The position numbers and the translations under genes are program-made. Below are positions 25,324 to 36,625 of a stretch of 64,000 nt of DNA, piece after piece (the stretch's first letter is position 1; every line of letters begins with the position of its first letter). A model generated the notes under the pieces. That model worked only from the letters and a program-made list of their open reading frames with translations, made no database searches and had not been told where the DNA came from. Location of the stretch: positions 34,534,001 to 34,598,000 of the forward strand of contig NC_045713.1 of assembly GCF_009834535.1 (NCBI RefSeq). Direction: 5' to 3'. The stretch is from Camelus ferus. Its lineage: Eukaryota.

Positions 25324-25759
25324 AAGAGTGTCTTGTGATTTAGAACCATCCTTCTCTTCCTGGTACTGAGAGAGAGAAAGAGACATCCTTGCAAATGAAG
25401 AGTTCCCTCATTAATATAAATGTCTCAAAAAAAATAAAAGGGAAAGCATTCACCTAAAAAAAAAAAAATAATAAATAAATATCTCTTACAAAAGGAGAAC
25501 TTCTACTCAGTTTTCAGAACTTTTCCTACAGCTGCTGTTTCTTCAAAATAATCAGCCTAAAATAATCATTATGCTAAAGAGGCGTATTTTGGGGGTAGTG
25601 ACTCGGTTCCCCTTGTCTACCTTTGTGGGGTTGTTGTGAAGGTTAAATGAGATGCAGGAGTGCAGTCACCAAGGCAGTGCCTGGCTCATAGCAACCCCTC
25701 CACAGCAAGCCACCCCTACTGGCTTTATGCTCAGTCTGTCCACGGAGTCTCATCTCTGC

Positions 25760-26960
25760 TTAACCCTTGGGCTCCGTGCACCCCAGTCTCAGAGCTGCTC
25801 CCATCAAACCTTAGGATTCTTTCCTTTCTCTCACGTCCTGAGCATTTAACCCACCGGTAAGTCCAATGAGCTTTACCTCAGAAACATGCCTGAGTCTGTT
25901 GCTGTTTCTTCCTCTCTACTGCTACCTCCTTCTTTCAAGCCTCCACCTTCCTGACCTTGGCTGTGGCAGTAACATCCTAACTGATCCTTCTGTTTGACCT
26001 TTGGCCTTTTAAAATCCATTCTCAGTGTTCACAGCAGCACTATTTACAATAGCCAAGACATGGAAACAACCTAAATGCTCATCGACAGATGACTGGATAA
26101 AGAAGTTATGGTATATTGATACAGTGGAATATTACTCAGCCATAAAAAGGATGAAATAATGCCATTTGCTGTAACATGGATGGACCTAGAGATTGTCATT
26201 CTAAGTGAAGTAAGCCAGAAAGAGAAAGAAAAATACATGATAACACTTATATGTGGAATCTAAAAAAAGAGACACAAATGAACTTATTTACAAAGCAGAA
26301 ACAATCTCAGACATAGAAAGCAAATTTATGGTTACTGGGGAGGAAAAGGATAGGAAGGAATAAATTGGGAGTTCAATATTTGCAGATACTACTACATATG
26401 AAATAGATAAACAAAAAGTTTCTACTGTAGAGCACAGGGAACTATATTCAGTATCTTGTAGTAACCTATAATGAAAAAGAATATGAAAAGAAATATATGT
26501 ATGTATATGTATGACTGGAACATTATGCTGTACACCAGAAACTGACACAACATTGTAAACTGACTATACTTCAATTAAAAAAAAAAGGCAGTAAAAAAAT
26601 CCATTCTCCTTGTGGCATCCAAAGTCATCTTTCAAAATTTTGACTCACATCACCCTTTGCTTAAAACTGCCAATGGGTCCCCATACCACTTAGAATTAAA
26701 TTTAAAATCTATACCCAGATTTTCACAGTTGTATGTGATCAGACCCCTGCCCATCTCTACAATCTCACCTTGTACCCTCCCTTCTGTTTATCATGGTTCT
26801 GCTACGCTGACCTCTCTGTTTCTCCAATAAGACAAACTCCTTCTCTCCAGACTCTGTATTTCTGGTTCCTTCAGCTCAGGATCCCCACCCCATCCGAGGA
26901 TGACTGATTTTCATTTTTCAATCCATAGCAGAATTGTCATCTCCTCAGAGCAGCCTTCAC
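25760..26960 (+). mobile_element. LINE-2 fragment interrupted by an L1
   Basis: L2-like sequence on both sides rejoins at aaaatccattctc. Confidence 0.7.
26024..26595 (+). mobile_element. 5'-truncated L1, cetartiodactyl/camelid type
   Basis: L1 ORF2 end and 3'UTR with A tail. Perfect 13-bp TSD AAAATCCATTCTC (26011-26023 and 26596-26608) at a TTTT/AAAA endonuclease site. Confidence 0.93.
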
Positions 26961-27004
26961 TGACCACCTTGTCTAATGTAATCTATCACTATATGGTCGC
27001 TGAT

Positions 27005-27130
27005 AAGGTGACCATATAATTTATTTTCAAATCTAGAGCACTTACAGGAGCGAAAGGGGCTCTGTAACAATTAAGCCAAGACAGTGAGCTTAACAGGACG
27101 GTCCTGGTTAAGTCAAGATGTGTTGCCGTT
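27005..27130. mobile_element. MER94-like hAT-Blackjack MITE
   Basis: aaggtgaccatataatttattttcaaa...gaaaggggctc...acaggacggtcctgg. Confidence 0.65.
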
Positions 27131-27149
27131 TTCCATGCTTTTCCATAGC

Positions 27150-27345
27150 ACTGTGATTTAGGACCTTATAGCCCTTGTCAATAACCGATATTATTTATTT
27201 ACGTATTTATTACCTCTCTGCTCTGTTACAATGTCAACTCCAAGACGATGGGGTGCTGTCTCTCTGGTTCACTGCTGCACCCTCTTCCTCTTGAAAACTC
27301 TTTAGCACATAGTAGGTGCTCTATACACCTGGCTGGAATACAGTA
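27150..27345 (+). mobile_element. LINE-2 3' end
   Basis: ggttcactgctgcac...tagcacatagtaggtgctc. Confidence 0.6.
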
Positions 27346-28377
27346 TTGAATGTAAGGCGCTGTGGTTGCCATGGGTTAGGTAGTTGTGGGTTAGTTATCC
27401 TGCTGATATGTCGCTTGTCATTTTGAAAAAGAAATCGTAAAACCCGCCTTTCCGTGCTGACCAGGAATCATGTTCTTGTCCAAATCGGGTCTTAGCCAAA
27501 GCTGGCTCGGGGTATACAGGGCCACCCAGAGATTGCTTAGTTACTCTTGGTGGCTCCCTTGTTTGAATTAGGTTTGATAAGCACAGATCAGGAAATAGTT
27601 CAGGTGCGAGAGGTACTTCCTCCATTTGATTAGAAAACGTCCTGGTTTCGCAACATTTGGGGCCATAAAGTAAACCGTCTCCCTGCTTGTTGACTGGAAA
27701 TGCCAGAAAAGCCATACTAGAAATAACACAATGGGATCATTGAATTAATTAGTGCGGATGCCGATTGTGTAAAATCTGGTTATTGTGGAGTGGGGATTGG
27801 ATTGCATGTTAATTAATATTTAAGTCCTTTGGAAGTGGCACCAAAGAAGACCCCTCCCCCATCCTTTGGTTCCCCCACAGCCCATCCCCCGTGAGAGGGG
27901 ATTTCTTGGGGGCCCAGACGTGAAATCCACTTATCACAGGCAGCAGAGATTGCAGGCAGGTCTTGGACCCTTGTTATTTGCATTTGTATAAAGGAAGGGC
28001 CTGGTATTACGTGACTGTGTGTGGGTTCTGAGGGTTTCTGATGGGCCTCCCTTTGTACAGTCTCTTAGCAACCCCTGGAAGTCTGGAAGCTGAAACAAAG
28101 GGCCGCCAGTCCATCCACTCCTGGAGCACATTCCTCTGAGTCTGGCCTGCCTCTAGGCGAGCTAGTCTGGGGCTGTGCCCCTTCTCTTCCTAGCCAAAGC
28201 CCAGCAGTCCTTGTTCAATCATGGTGCCACCTGGGAAGGAAAAAGAAGTTCGAGGTGAGGAGATTGGTTGGGGGCCAGCTGTGTTCTGTTGTTAGAGCTT
28301 CAACTGAAGCCAGGGAACATCTTCAAAAGAGTTGACCTGCATCCATTCATTCCAAGATGAGGTAATACTGCTTGATA

Positions 28378-28756
28378 GTGCTAAAAAACCAAAAATTCAA
28401 CTAAGCAAATTTGAAAGATCTAATTGATTTATTGAATGATTGATAAAAGGTTCATGAATCTGGCAGCGACCCAGGAGCTCCAAGAGCTGTACAAAATGGA
28501 AGGCTTTTATCGGCAGGAGGGGAAGGGGTAAGGAAAGGGCTGATGCCTTACCTCATCTTCCTCTGGAGGATGGAAAAGGTCCATGTGGCAGATGACCTCA
28601 TTGGCACCAATCAGAAAATTCTAAACTGACTGGTAAGCTTTACATTCCTGGAGATGTTTGAAACAGTAAGATAGGTTAGGTATTTAGCCCCGGTTTGCTG
28701 ATGTGGGCTTAGTACAAGTGACTCCATTTTGGGCTTGTTAATTCTTCCTGACAACA
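28378..28756 (-). mobile_element. ERV1 LTR (MER34/MER39-like)
   Basis: Reverse complement aligns by eye with 23477-23855 (aaaaaccaaaaattcaactaagcaaat; gagctgtacaaaatg; gactccattttggg). Ends in aaca. Confidence 0.7.
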
Positions 28757-29509
28757 GTCAAGAGTGTCCTGTAGGGCCAGTGGGCATCTGGGCTCTGTCA
28801 CGTACTAGCTGTATGTCCTTGAACAAATTACATTTCTGGGCTTCAGTTTCTTCATTTGTCACACAAGAGCAAAAACTGTACCTTCTTCACTGGTTTGCTG
28901 AGAGCATTAAGGTATATGACACATTTAACAAATAGTTAGGGTTAGGGTTCCCTATGTGTCAGGTACTATGTTTGATGCTGAGGGCACCAAAGTAAATAAA
29001 GCCTACATTCTAACAGGAAGAGGCAGACAATCATATATATTTATAAAAATATAAAAATCATACAAAATACTATGGAGGAGCTAGAGAAGCTGGTGGTATT
29101 AATGAGAGTATCATGGAAGATACTATTGGGAATGTGACCATTGAAACACAATTCAAATGAGGTCTTTATATGGTGCACAGATGTTGTAATGTACACATTA
29201 GCTATTTTTAATTCATTAACTCATTAATTTTGTTCATCATTCATCCATTCACCTATTCATTCATTTAGTAATTCAATGACTAATTCTCGGTCACCCATTC
29301 ATCTAATCATCCATCCATTCATCCTTCAGAAAATGTCAGATGAAGGGCTATATGCATTATGGATTTGATGGCGACTTTATCATCTAAGCAGAAGTCCATT
29401 CAGGAGGAAATAGAGGAGTGTAGGCTTGGGACGGTTATGATCAGGACATGGTGTATTGGAGTTTTTCACAAAGCATATTATAGAAAGAAGTTGAGTGGTT
29501 TATTTTTAG

Positions 29510-29720
29510 CTAACATTTATTGAGAATATACTTTTGGCCAGACCCCATGATAAATGTTTTATACGCATTATCTTATTTTGCATGAAGACGTTAATTTGCA
29601 GATGCTACTTAATTTGTAGATGAGAGAACTGAGGCTTGGAGATAACTAATCAGCCCAAGGTCGGAGAGTCATTGGCAATGTTGATATTCAAACATGGGTT
29701 CGACATCAAAATTCATCGGC
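29510..29720 (-). mobile_element. MIR SINE
   Basis: aacatttattgag...agatgagagaactgaggcttggaga. Confidence 0.6.
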
Positions 29721-30694
29721 TTAGCCAGTTTACTGCAAGGATGCCTTCACTGACTCTGGGTCCATACGTGACTCAGCCAACCCCTTTTGCCTTCTTGTTT
29801 TCACTCATCAGATGGGAGATTCCATTTCTGCTCAAGTTTCAAGGTTGAATGAGAGGATGTATGTGTGTGGACAGGCATCAGGAATTACCAGCCAGAAGGG
29901 GTGTCATGATTGATTCATCATGCTCCAGCTCCACACAAGCCTGAAAGGGCTTGTTGTTACATGACCTTTCATTCCTCAAGCCTCTGAAGATGGTAGGACA
30001 GCAGTCTGCATGCAGGACGACCTTGAACAGCTACCTGCTTCCTAATTCCCATCGGAAGGGCCTCTGACATCTCAGCAGGCTAAGAAGCCGGGAGAGGTCT
30101 TTCGCTCTGGTTTCCAGTAATTTGTTCTGCTCTGTGAACTTCTGTGTCTGCTTGTCCAATTTCATGAAAATTGGATTAATGAGTGTTAACTGGTGCTGAC
30201 TTAGCCAGTTTAAAAGGGACAGTGTCAAATGGAAGAGGAGCATCTTGGTGTGATATTTGGATCCCAAGGCTGTTGGGAATCGGGGTTTGGCACGGATGGC
30301 AACATCACAGGTCACTGAAGCAGCCTCTTCCAAGCTACTCGTACGGAAGACAGTACCAACCCAGAGACCTTTGAAAGGAGGAAGGACACTTCTTCCATTA
30401 GAACAAGGAGAAGATCTGCTTCAGACCCTGGTAGGCTTGAAGATTGGGTTAAGATGGTCATTCATTCTTTATTCATTCATCAAATCTTTTCCAAACACCT
30501 GACATGCGTCAAGCTCTGTTTTAGGCTCTGGAGAACCAGTGGTGAATAAAACAAAGTTGCTGTTCTCATGAAGCTCATGTTCTATCTGAGGTAGGTAAAC
30601 AATAATCAAATGTGTATGTGATATAATGTCAAGCAGCATTTCCACCCAATGCTTCTATATCCTCCATTAACTAAGAAAAAGGTCGTCTTTTTCT

Positions 30695-31475
30695 TTTTTA
30701 AAAAAAAGCTTTATTGAGATATAATTCATATACTATAGAATTCGACCATTTAAAGCTTAAATGTCCATCAACAGATGACTGGATAAAGAAAAGGTGTGTA
30801 TTTATACAATGGAATACTATTCAGCCATAAAAACTGACAACATAACGCCATTTGCAGCAACATGGATGCTCCTGGAGAATGTCATTCTAAGTGAAGTAAG
30901 CCAGAAAGAGAAAGAAAAATACCATATGAGATCGCTCATCTGTGGAATCTACAAAAACCAAAATCAAAAACAAACAAACAAAGCATAAATACAAAACAGA
31001 AATAGACTCATAGACATAGAATACAAACTTGTGGTTGCCAAGGGGGCGGAGGGTAGGAAGGGATAGATGGAATTTCAAAATTGTAGACTAGATAAACAAG
31101 ATTATACTGTATAGCACAGGGAAATATACACAAGATCTTATGGTAGCGCACAGAGGAAAAAATGTGACAATGAATATATATATGTTCATGTATGACTGAA
31201 AAATTGTGCTCTACACTGGAATTTGACACAACATTGTAAAATGATTATAAATTAATAAAAAATGTTATATTGTTGTTCAAAAAAAAGATAAAGTGTATGA
31301 GTCAATGGTTTCTAGTGTAACACATATGTATCATCATCACAGTCAATTTTAGAACATTTTCATCAGCTCAAAAAGAAACTCCATAAACTTTAGCAATCAC
31401 CATCTTAGACCCCAACCCTCACCTCCAGCCCCAGGCAACCACCAGTCTGCTTCCTGTTTCTATGGATTGGACTGT
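30695..31475 (-). mobile_element. Older L1 (L1MA/MB-like) 3' end, interrupted by a younger L1
   Basis: tttattgagatataattcata...catttaaag | tgtatgagtcaatggtttctag...ttttagaacattttcatca. Confidence 0.75.
30756..31288 (+). mobile_element. 5'-truncated young camelid-type L1
   Basis: aaatgtccatcaacagatgactgg...aaattgtgctctacactggaatttgacacaac with A tail and short TSD TAAAG. Confidence 0.88.
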
Positions 31476-31639
31476 TCTGGACAGAAAAAGTAATCTTTTG
31501 AGAGTGACAGGGCAGGGAAGGAGTTTTATTATCCTTAGCTCCTAAAATGGGGCCTCTTGGACTCAGTTTCCCGTGGTGGTTTCTCCAGGATCCGAATTCC
31601 GGGAGCAGTAGGGGGTGCTGGCTGGTCAGTGTCCTGATA

Positions 31640-32123
31640 CAGGCATGCCCTGGAGATGGTGCAGATTTGGTTTCAGCCCACTGAAGTGAAGCAAATATCA
31701 CAATTGAGCAAGTCACACAAACTTTTGGGTTTTCTAGTACATCTGAAATTTGTGTTTGTACTATGTTGCAGTCTATTAAGTGTGCAATAGTATTATGTCT
31801 AAAAAAACCACTGCTCAGACTGCCATTAAAAAACACTTGATTACTAAAAAAGCCTTCATCTGAGCCTTCCGTGGGTCATAGTCGTGACATCAAAGATTAT
31901 GGATCACATATCACCAGAACAAATATAACAATAATGAGAAAGTTTGAAATCTTGTAAGAATTACCAAAATGTGACACAGAGACAGGAAGTGAGCCCATGC
32001 TGTTGGGAAAATGGTGCCCACAGGTTTGCTTGATGCAGAATTGCCACCAATCTTCTATTTTTAAAAACACGCGGTATCTGTGAAGTGCTGTAAAGCAGAG
32101 CACGAGGAATCAAGGTGCGCCTG
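31640..32123 (-). mobile_element. Tigger1-derived internally deleted element
   Basis: TA then CAGGCATGCC terminus; caaaatgtgacacagagac...ttgggaaaatggtgcc; ends ggtgcgcctg. Confidence 0.8.
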
Positions 32124-32532
32124 GACGCCACCACTCTTTTATGACCTTACCTCTCACCTCCACATGCCGCCTGAGGCTACTCGCTCCCGGCCAGCAAATG
32201 CTGAGCTTGAATATGCATGTGTGGGCACAGCAGGGCCTCCTGCCTCTTGGGCAGTCACAGGGCTCCCCTCCATGGTCCACGATACCCTTATAATCTGGTC
32301 CCTGCCAACCTCTCTGGTGTCATCCGTCATTGTCCCCCCCGAACACTATCTGAATCACTTACGGTCTCTGCAAAGTACCACGTGATCCCTTGCAGACCTT
32401 TGCACACGCTGTGGCCTCTCTGGAACCCTCTATCCTGCCTGTATTGCCTAACTCCCACTCATCCTTTGGGTCTTAGCTTGGAGATTACTTCCTTCGGGGA
32501 GGGGATGTTTCCTCAGGATGTGGTTGGGTGAC

Positions 32533-32900
32533 TGTATTACCTCTCTATTGCTGCTTAACAAATTATCCCCAAACTTAGCACATAAAACAACAGATATTTA
32601 CTATGTCACATGTTCTGTGGGTCAGGTGCTCAGGAGTAGCTTGGTTGGGTGGGTCTGGATCAGGGTCTCTCATGAGATGTAGTCACGGCATTGGCTGGGG
32701 CTACAGTCATCTGGAACTTGACTTGGCTAGACATCTGCTTTCAAAATAGCTCACTCACATGACTGTTGGCAGGAGGCCTCAGTTCCTCACCCCACGGGCG
32801 GCTTCATAGGACTGCTGAATGTCCTTCCGACTTAGTAGCTGGCTTCCCTAGAGTGAGTGGTCCGAGAGAGAGCTGGGAGGACGCTGCAACGCTTTTCATG
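32533..32900 (-). mobile_element. MLT1F/H-like MaLR LTR
   Basis: tgtattacctctctattgctgcttaacaaattatccccaaacttag...aaaatagctcactcacatg. Confidence 0.7.
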
Positions 32901-32902
32901 TC

Positions 32903-33003
32903 GGCAACGAACTAAATGTTTGTGTCCCTCCAAAATTCATGTATTGAAATTCTAACCTCCAATTTGTGATGGCATTAGGAGGGGAGGCCTTCGGCAGGTG
33001 ATT
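32903..33003 (+). mobile_element. MLT1A/B-like LTR 5' fragment
   Basis: aactaaatgtttgtgtccctccaaaattcatgtattgaaattctaacctcc. Confidence 0.65.
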
Positions 33004-33089
33004 TCTTCTTATACTGGAGGGCTGAGAGAAGCATAGGGTAATAATGCTAATTACCAGCCTTGGGGGAAAGGTTTCACACCCATTTAATC

Positions 33090-33276
33090 TAGTGGTTCTC
33101 AGCCTTGACTATGTATTTGAACCGCCCCCCCCCACCCCCGTGGCTTATCTGATTCCTGTTGCCTGAGTCCCACCTCCAGAGATTCTGATTTAATTGATCT
33201 GGGGTGTGGCTTGAGCAGCATTTAAAAAACCTCCCCAGGCAATTATATTGTGTGGCTGTGGTTGAGAGGCACTGGT
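33090..33276. mobile_element. MER5A-like hAT MITE
   Basis: tagtggttctcagcc...cacctccagagattctgatttaattgatctggggtg...gttgagaggcactg. Confidence 0.7.
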
Positions 33277-33586
33277 TTAACCTTATATGAACCCTTTACT
33301 ATAATAGCTAAGGCAAAAAAGGTTACCCCCTTTTTCTTTCCTTCCTTCCTCCTTCATTCCCTTCCTTTCTTCTTTCCTTCCCTCATTCTTTCCTTCCTTC
33401 CTCTATCCTTCTTTCTCAAATAAAAAAAAAAAATGTGTTACAAAGTTGAGTGGCTCAAAGTCACACAGCCAACAAGTGGGAGGGTTAGAACTGGAACCCG
33501 TGTTAGCCGGTTATGCTTTTTCAATTTGCATCAGTATTGCCTCCAGGTGACCAGTGTTCTGCCCTTTATGAAGAAAGAAAAGCTGA

Positions 33587-34140
33587 GTGTGATGGTTGAT
33601 TTTGTGTCCACTTGACTGNNNNNNNNNNNNNNNNNNNNNNNNNNNNNNNNNNNNNNNNNNNNNNNNNNNNNNNNNNNNNNNNNNNNNNNNNNNNNNNNNN
33701 NNNNNNNNNNNNNNNNNNNNNNNNNNNNNNNNNNNNNNNNNNNNNNNNNNNNNNNNNNNNNNNNNNNNNNNCTGACGCTCTTGTGAGTAGAGGGGAATGC
33801 CTCCTGTGTGACTGCCTTGAGCTGGCACAACAGTCTCTTCCTTTCTTCAGACTGGAACTGAGACATCAGCTCTACTTGGGTCTTGGGTCACCAGCTTTTG
33901 GACTGGCTCTCCTGCTTCTCAGTGCTTTGGACTTGGACTGTAACTTACATCATTAATTCTCTTGGGTCTTCAGCTGGCTCACCCCAGCCTCCATAATCAC
34001 ACAAGCCAATTCCTTATAATAATAAATCTTATTTATAATACTATAATAATAATAAATATTATTATTATGTATTAATAATAAGTCTTACAATAATATATCT
34101 CCTATTGGTTTTACTTCTCTGGAGACCCCTGACTAACACA
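33587..34140 (+). mobile_element. MLT2-family ERVL LTR (contains N gap 33619-33771)
   Basis: tgtgatggttgattttgtgtccacttgactg start; ctcctattggttttacttctctggagacccctgactaacaca end. Confidence 0.75.
33619..33771. other. Assembly gap (153 N)
   Basis: Run of N. Confidence 1.
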
Positions 34141-36439
34141 CCGAGGGGTGGAACACTTAGTTTTCTGGATAAAGGTCAGACTGAGTTAGGGTACAATTAG
34201 GTAGGGTTCCATGTCCCTTATGTCCCTGGATGTTCCTTCCCCTCCTGTTTCATCTTTGAAGCTAAATTTGGGCCAATGCCCATAGTAGATGAGCAAATCC
34301 TAGACTCCTGGATGACAAGGTCAGTGTCAGCGTCTGCTGATATAGGCCATGAATAGTCAAGGTTGGAAAATACAAGTTGGCAGGAAGGACTATCCTTAAT
34401 TGGACCCAGCCCTAGAATGTCTGTGCTCTTAGTTTGGAGTGATTCGTGATCCTAGAGTTCATCCAAGTTCATCTTTGGACCCTTGCAACCCACCTGCCCA
34501 CCATCCATCCCCAGTTAAATCTGCAGATGCTCGTGATAGAATTTGGAGATGCTGAAAGTATTCCCATGGTGGTGAGGGCGATCCCAAAGATTTTACAAAA
34601 AAAAAAAAAAATTTTCTAAGGAATGGAGACAAAATTGCTCAGACAACTGGGCAGCCAGGGAGTGTGTTAAATCAGAACGAAGTGGGAGGGAAAAGTACTT
34701 TGTGGTCATTGTTCCCGTAGCTGCTCTAAAGCTCCTTCCTCCTAGGAACTGTCTAAGTTTAGAACTAAACAGAGACTTACCTTTATAGTTTTCTGCAAGT
34801 GTGGAGTGTGGGGTCCCTAGGGATGGGTCTGCCAAGAGGCAGTGGGATGATAAGAGATAATAGGGCTTCTGAGGGGATGGGAGGTGCTGGGGAGCAGGCA
34901 GAAGAGAGAAGATGGGGGAATGAAAAGAGGGAGACGGAAACATGCCTGGATGCTGGAGGGTGCACAGGTAGGTGGCTGATGAAGGATTTGGGGCTTTTGA
35001 GAATGGCAGTATCTAATATTAAATTATAAATCACTTGAAATGTTCTTATGCATTCCCTTACCTGAAAGCTTTGGAAAAATCTTCTGCCTACATTGCCTGG
35101 CAGCAGTGTTTTGGGGGAGTGATGGACTGGAGTGTTTATTATGAGGGGTTATATGGAGCAGAAGGGGAAAAAGTGTGTCTGGTATTTTTGCCACAAACAT
35201 TTTTGCTGCATAACTGACTGCAGGAAGGAAAAATAAAAAGGGATATCAAAAAGGACATAATGAAACATGAAAAATGAGCAAAAAATTAAAAAGACTTCAT
35301 TGCAAAATACAAAATACTTGAGTACATTTGAAATGTGTGCAGATTCATGGCAATACTGTGCAAATAATTGATTTTATTTTGTGCATTGTACCTAAACACT
35401 TGTCTTCCAAGTCTTTCTTTCATGGTATTTTATACCTTTTTTTGGCTTGTTGATTCGTCTCCTCATTTGGCATCACACTTTTTCCTTTTTCAATAAAATT
35501 CTTCAATAAAAGAGGCATCAGCTTCCAAATACTAGGATGCCTATTTGTACCTGAGCTTTGTTCAGCATCAGGAAAGCTGTTTGTTCTTGGCAGACTATCA
35601 CATGTCCATTGCTAGACGTCCCAAAGTTCTGTGGGAAATGAGGGGTTTGCAAACTGGTCTGTTATCATTTCCTGGTACAGTACGCAATCTGGCTTCTTTT
35701 CTCTTATTTCACACTTTCAGTGAGTCTTATCACCATATCTTCTTTCAAGTCCGTACACGTAGTTGTTATCATCTCCATTTTAAGACCACGATGTCTACTC
35801 CTCATGCTGGTACAGACCATCATCAGGGCTAGGATGGATGGAATATAAAAATGGGACTCCTCTGTCCAAGGAGAAATGAAACAACCAAACTGTCAATGGG
35901 TTATTTTCTCTTTTACGGCCAAATTGCCTTATGGCCAATTAGTTAAGAGGCAAAAATGTTTGTGGAAAAGATGTTTATGACCAAGGTGCTTACAGCAGAT
36001 GTCCCTAGAACCAGAAAAAGAACCTGCAGGATAGAGGAATGGTGTGTAAAATGAACCAATCCAGTGGCAGTGGAACTTAGGTTATCGGTGAACTTGAGGC
36101 TCCCCAAGAATCTCCAGAGAGGTTGGGGGCTGTGCTGTATTTCCCTCGATTCAGGGCCTTTGAGAAAATCTCACTTGAATCTCAGAAGTCAAAGTGGTAC
36201 CACCTTGTCATGAGTAAAAGCATAAGGGAGATATCAAGTCTCAAATTAGGAAAAATTCTTGTGACCAGACAAAATGGAATGCCCCTGAAGAAATGATGGA
36301 AGTAGTAGCTGTCTTGCTCATTCATTCATTCATCAAACACCGGCCCACTGTTTTATGTGTCAGGCCCCTTCATGTGTGCTGAAAATACAGACGTTGTCCC
36401 TGCCCTCGAGGAGCTTTACGTTCAGGGTGAGATGGCCAG

Positions 36440-36625
36440 GGGGCTGACATTTTTTGAGCGCCTTCTCTGTGTAGATGGTGGACTTTGTATCTTAGATGCT
36501 CTGTCTTTCTAAAATTCTCCCAACAGCTTTATGAGGAAGTAAAGATTATCTCCCTACAGACAGGCTCAAACCTGACTCATCTGAACCATAATGAAAGCCG
36601 CGTTTGGACCCAGGATTATCTGACT
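36440..36625 (-). mobile_element. MIR SINE
   Basis: gacattttttgagcgcc...cccaacagctttatgaggaag...gtttggacccagg. Confidence 0.55.

Larger units (their letters stand above)
24287..25618 (-). mobile_element. MER34-like ERV1 LTR split by three later insertions
   Basis: tgaaaaataattttccc...aagacagattaacaggagaaaa and aaaataatcattatgctaaagaggcgtattttggggg ends. The pieces rejoin across the target-site duplications. Confidence 0.7.

Noticed and set aside
30794-30988. ORF with YTMEYYSAIK...FAATWM motif
   Set aside because: C-terminal remnant of L1 ORF2 in a 5'-truncated copy.
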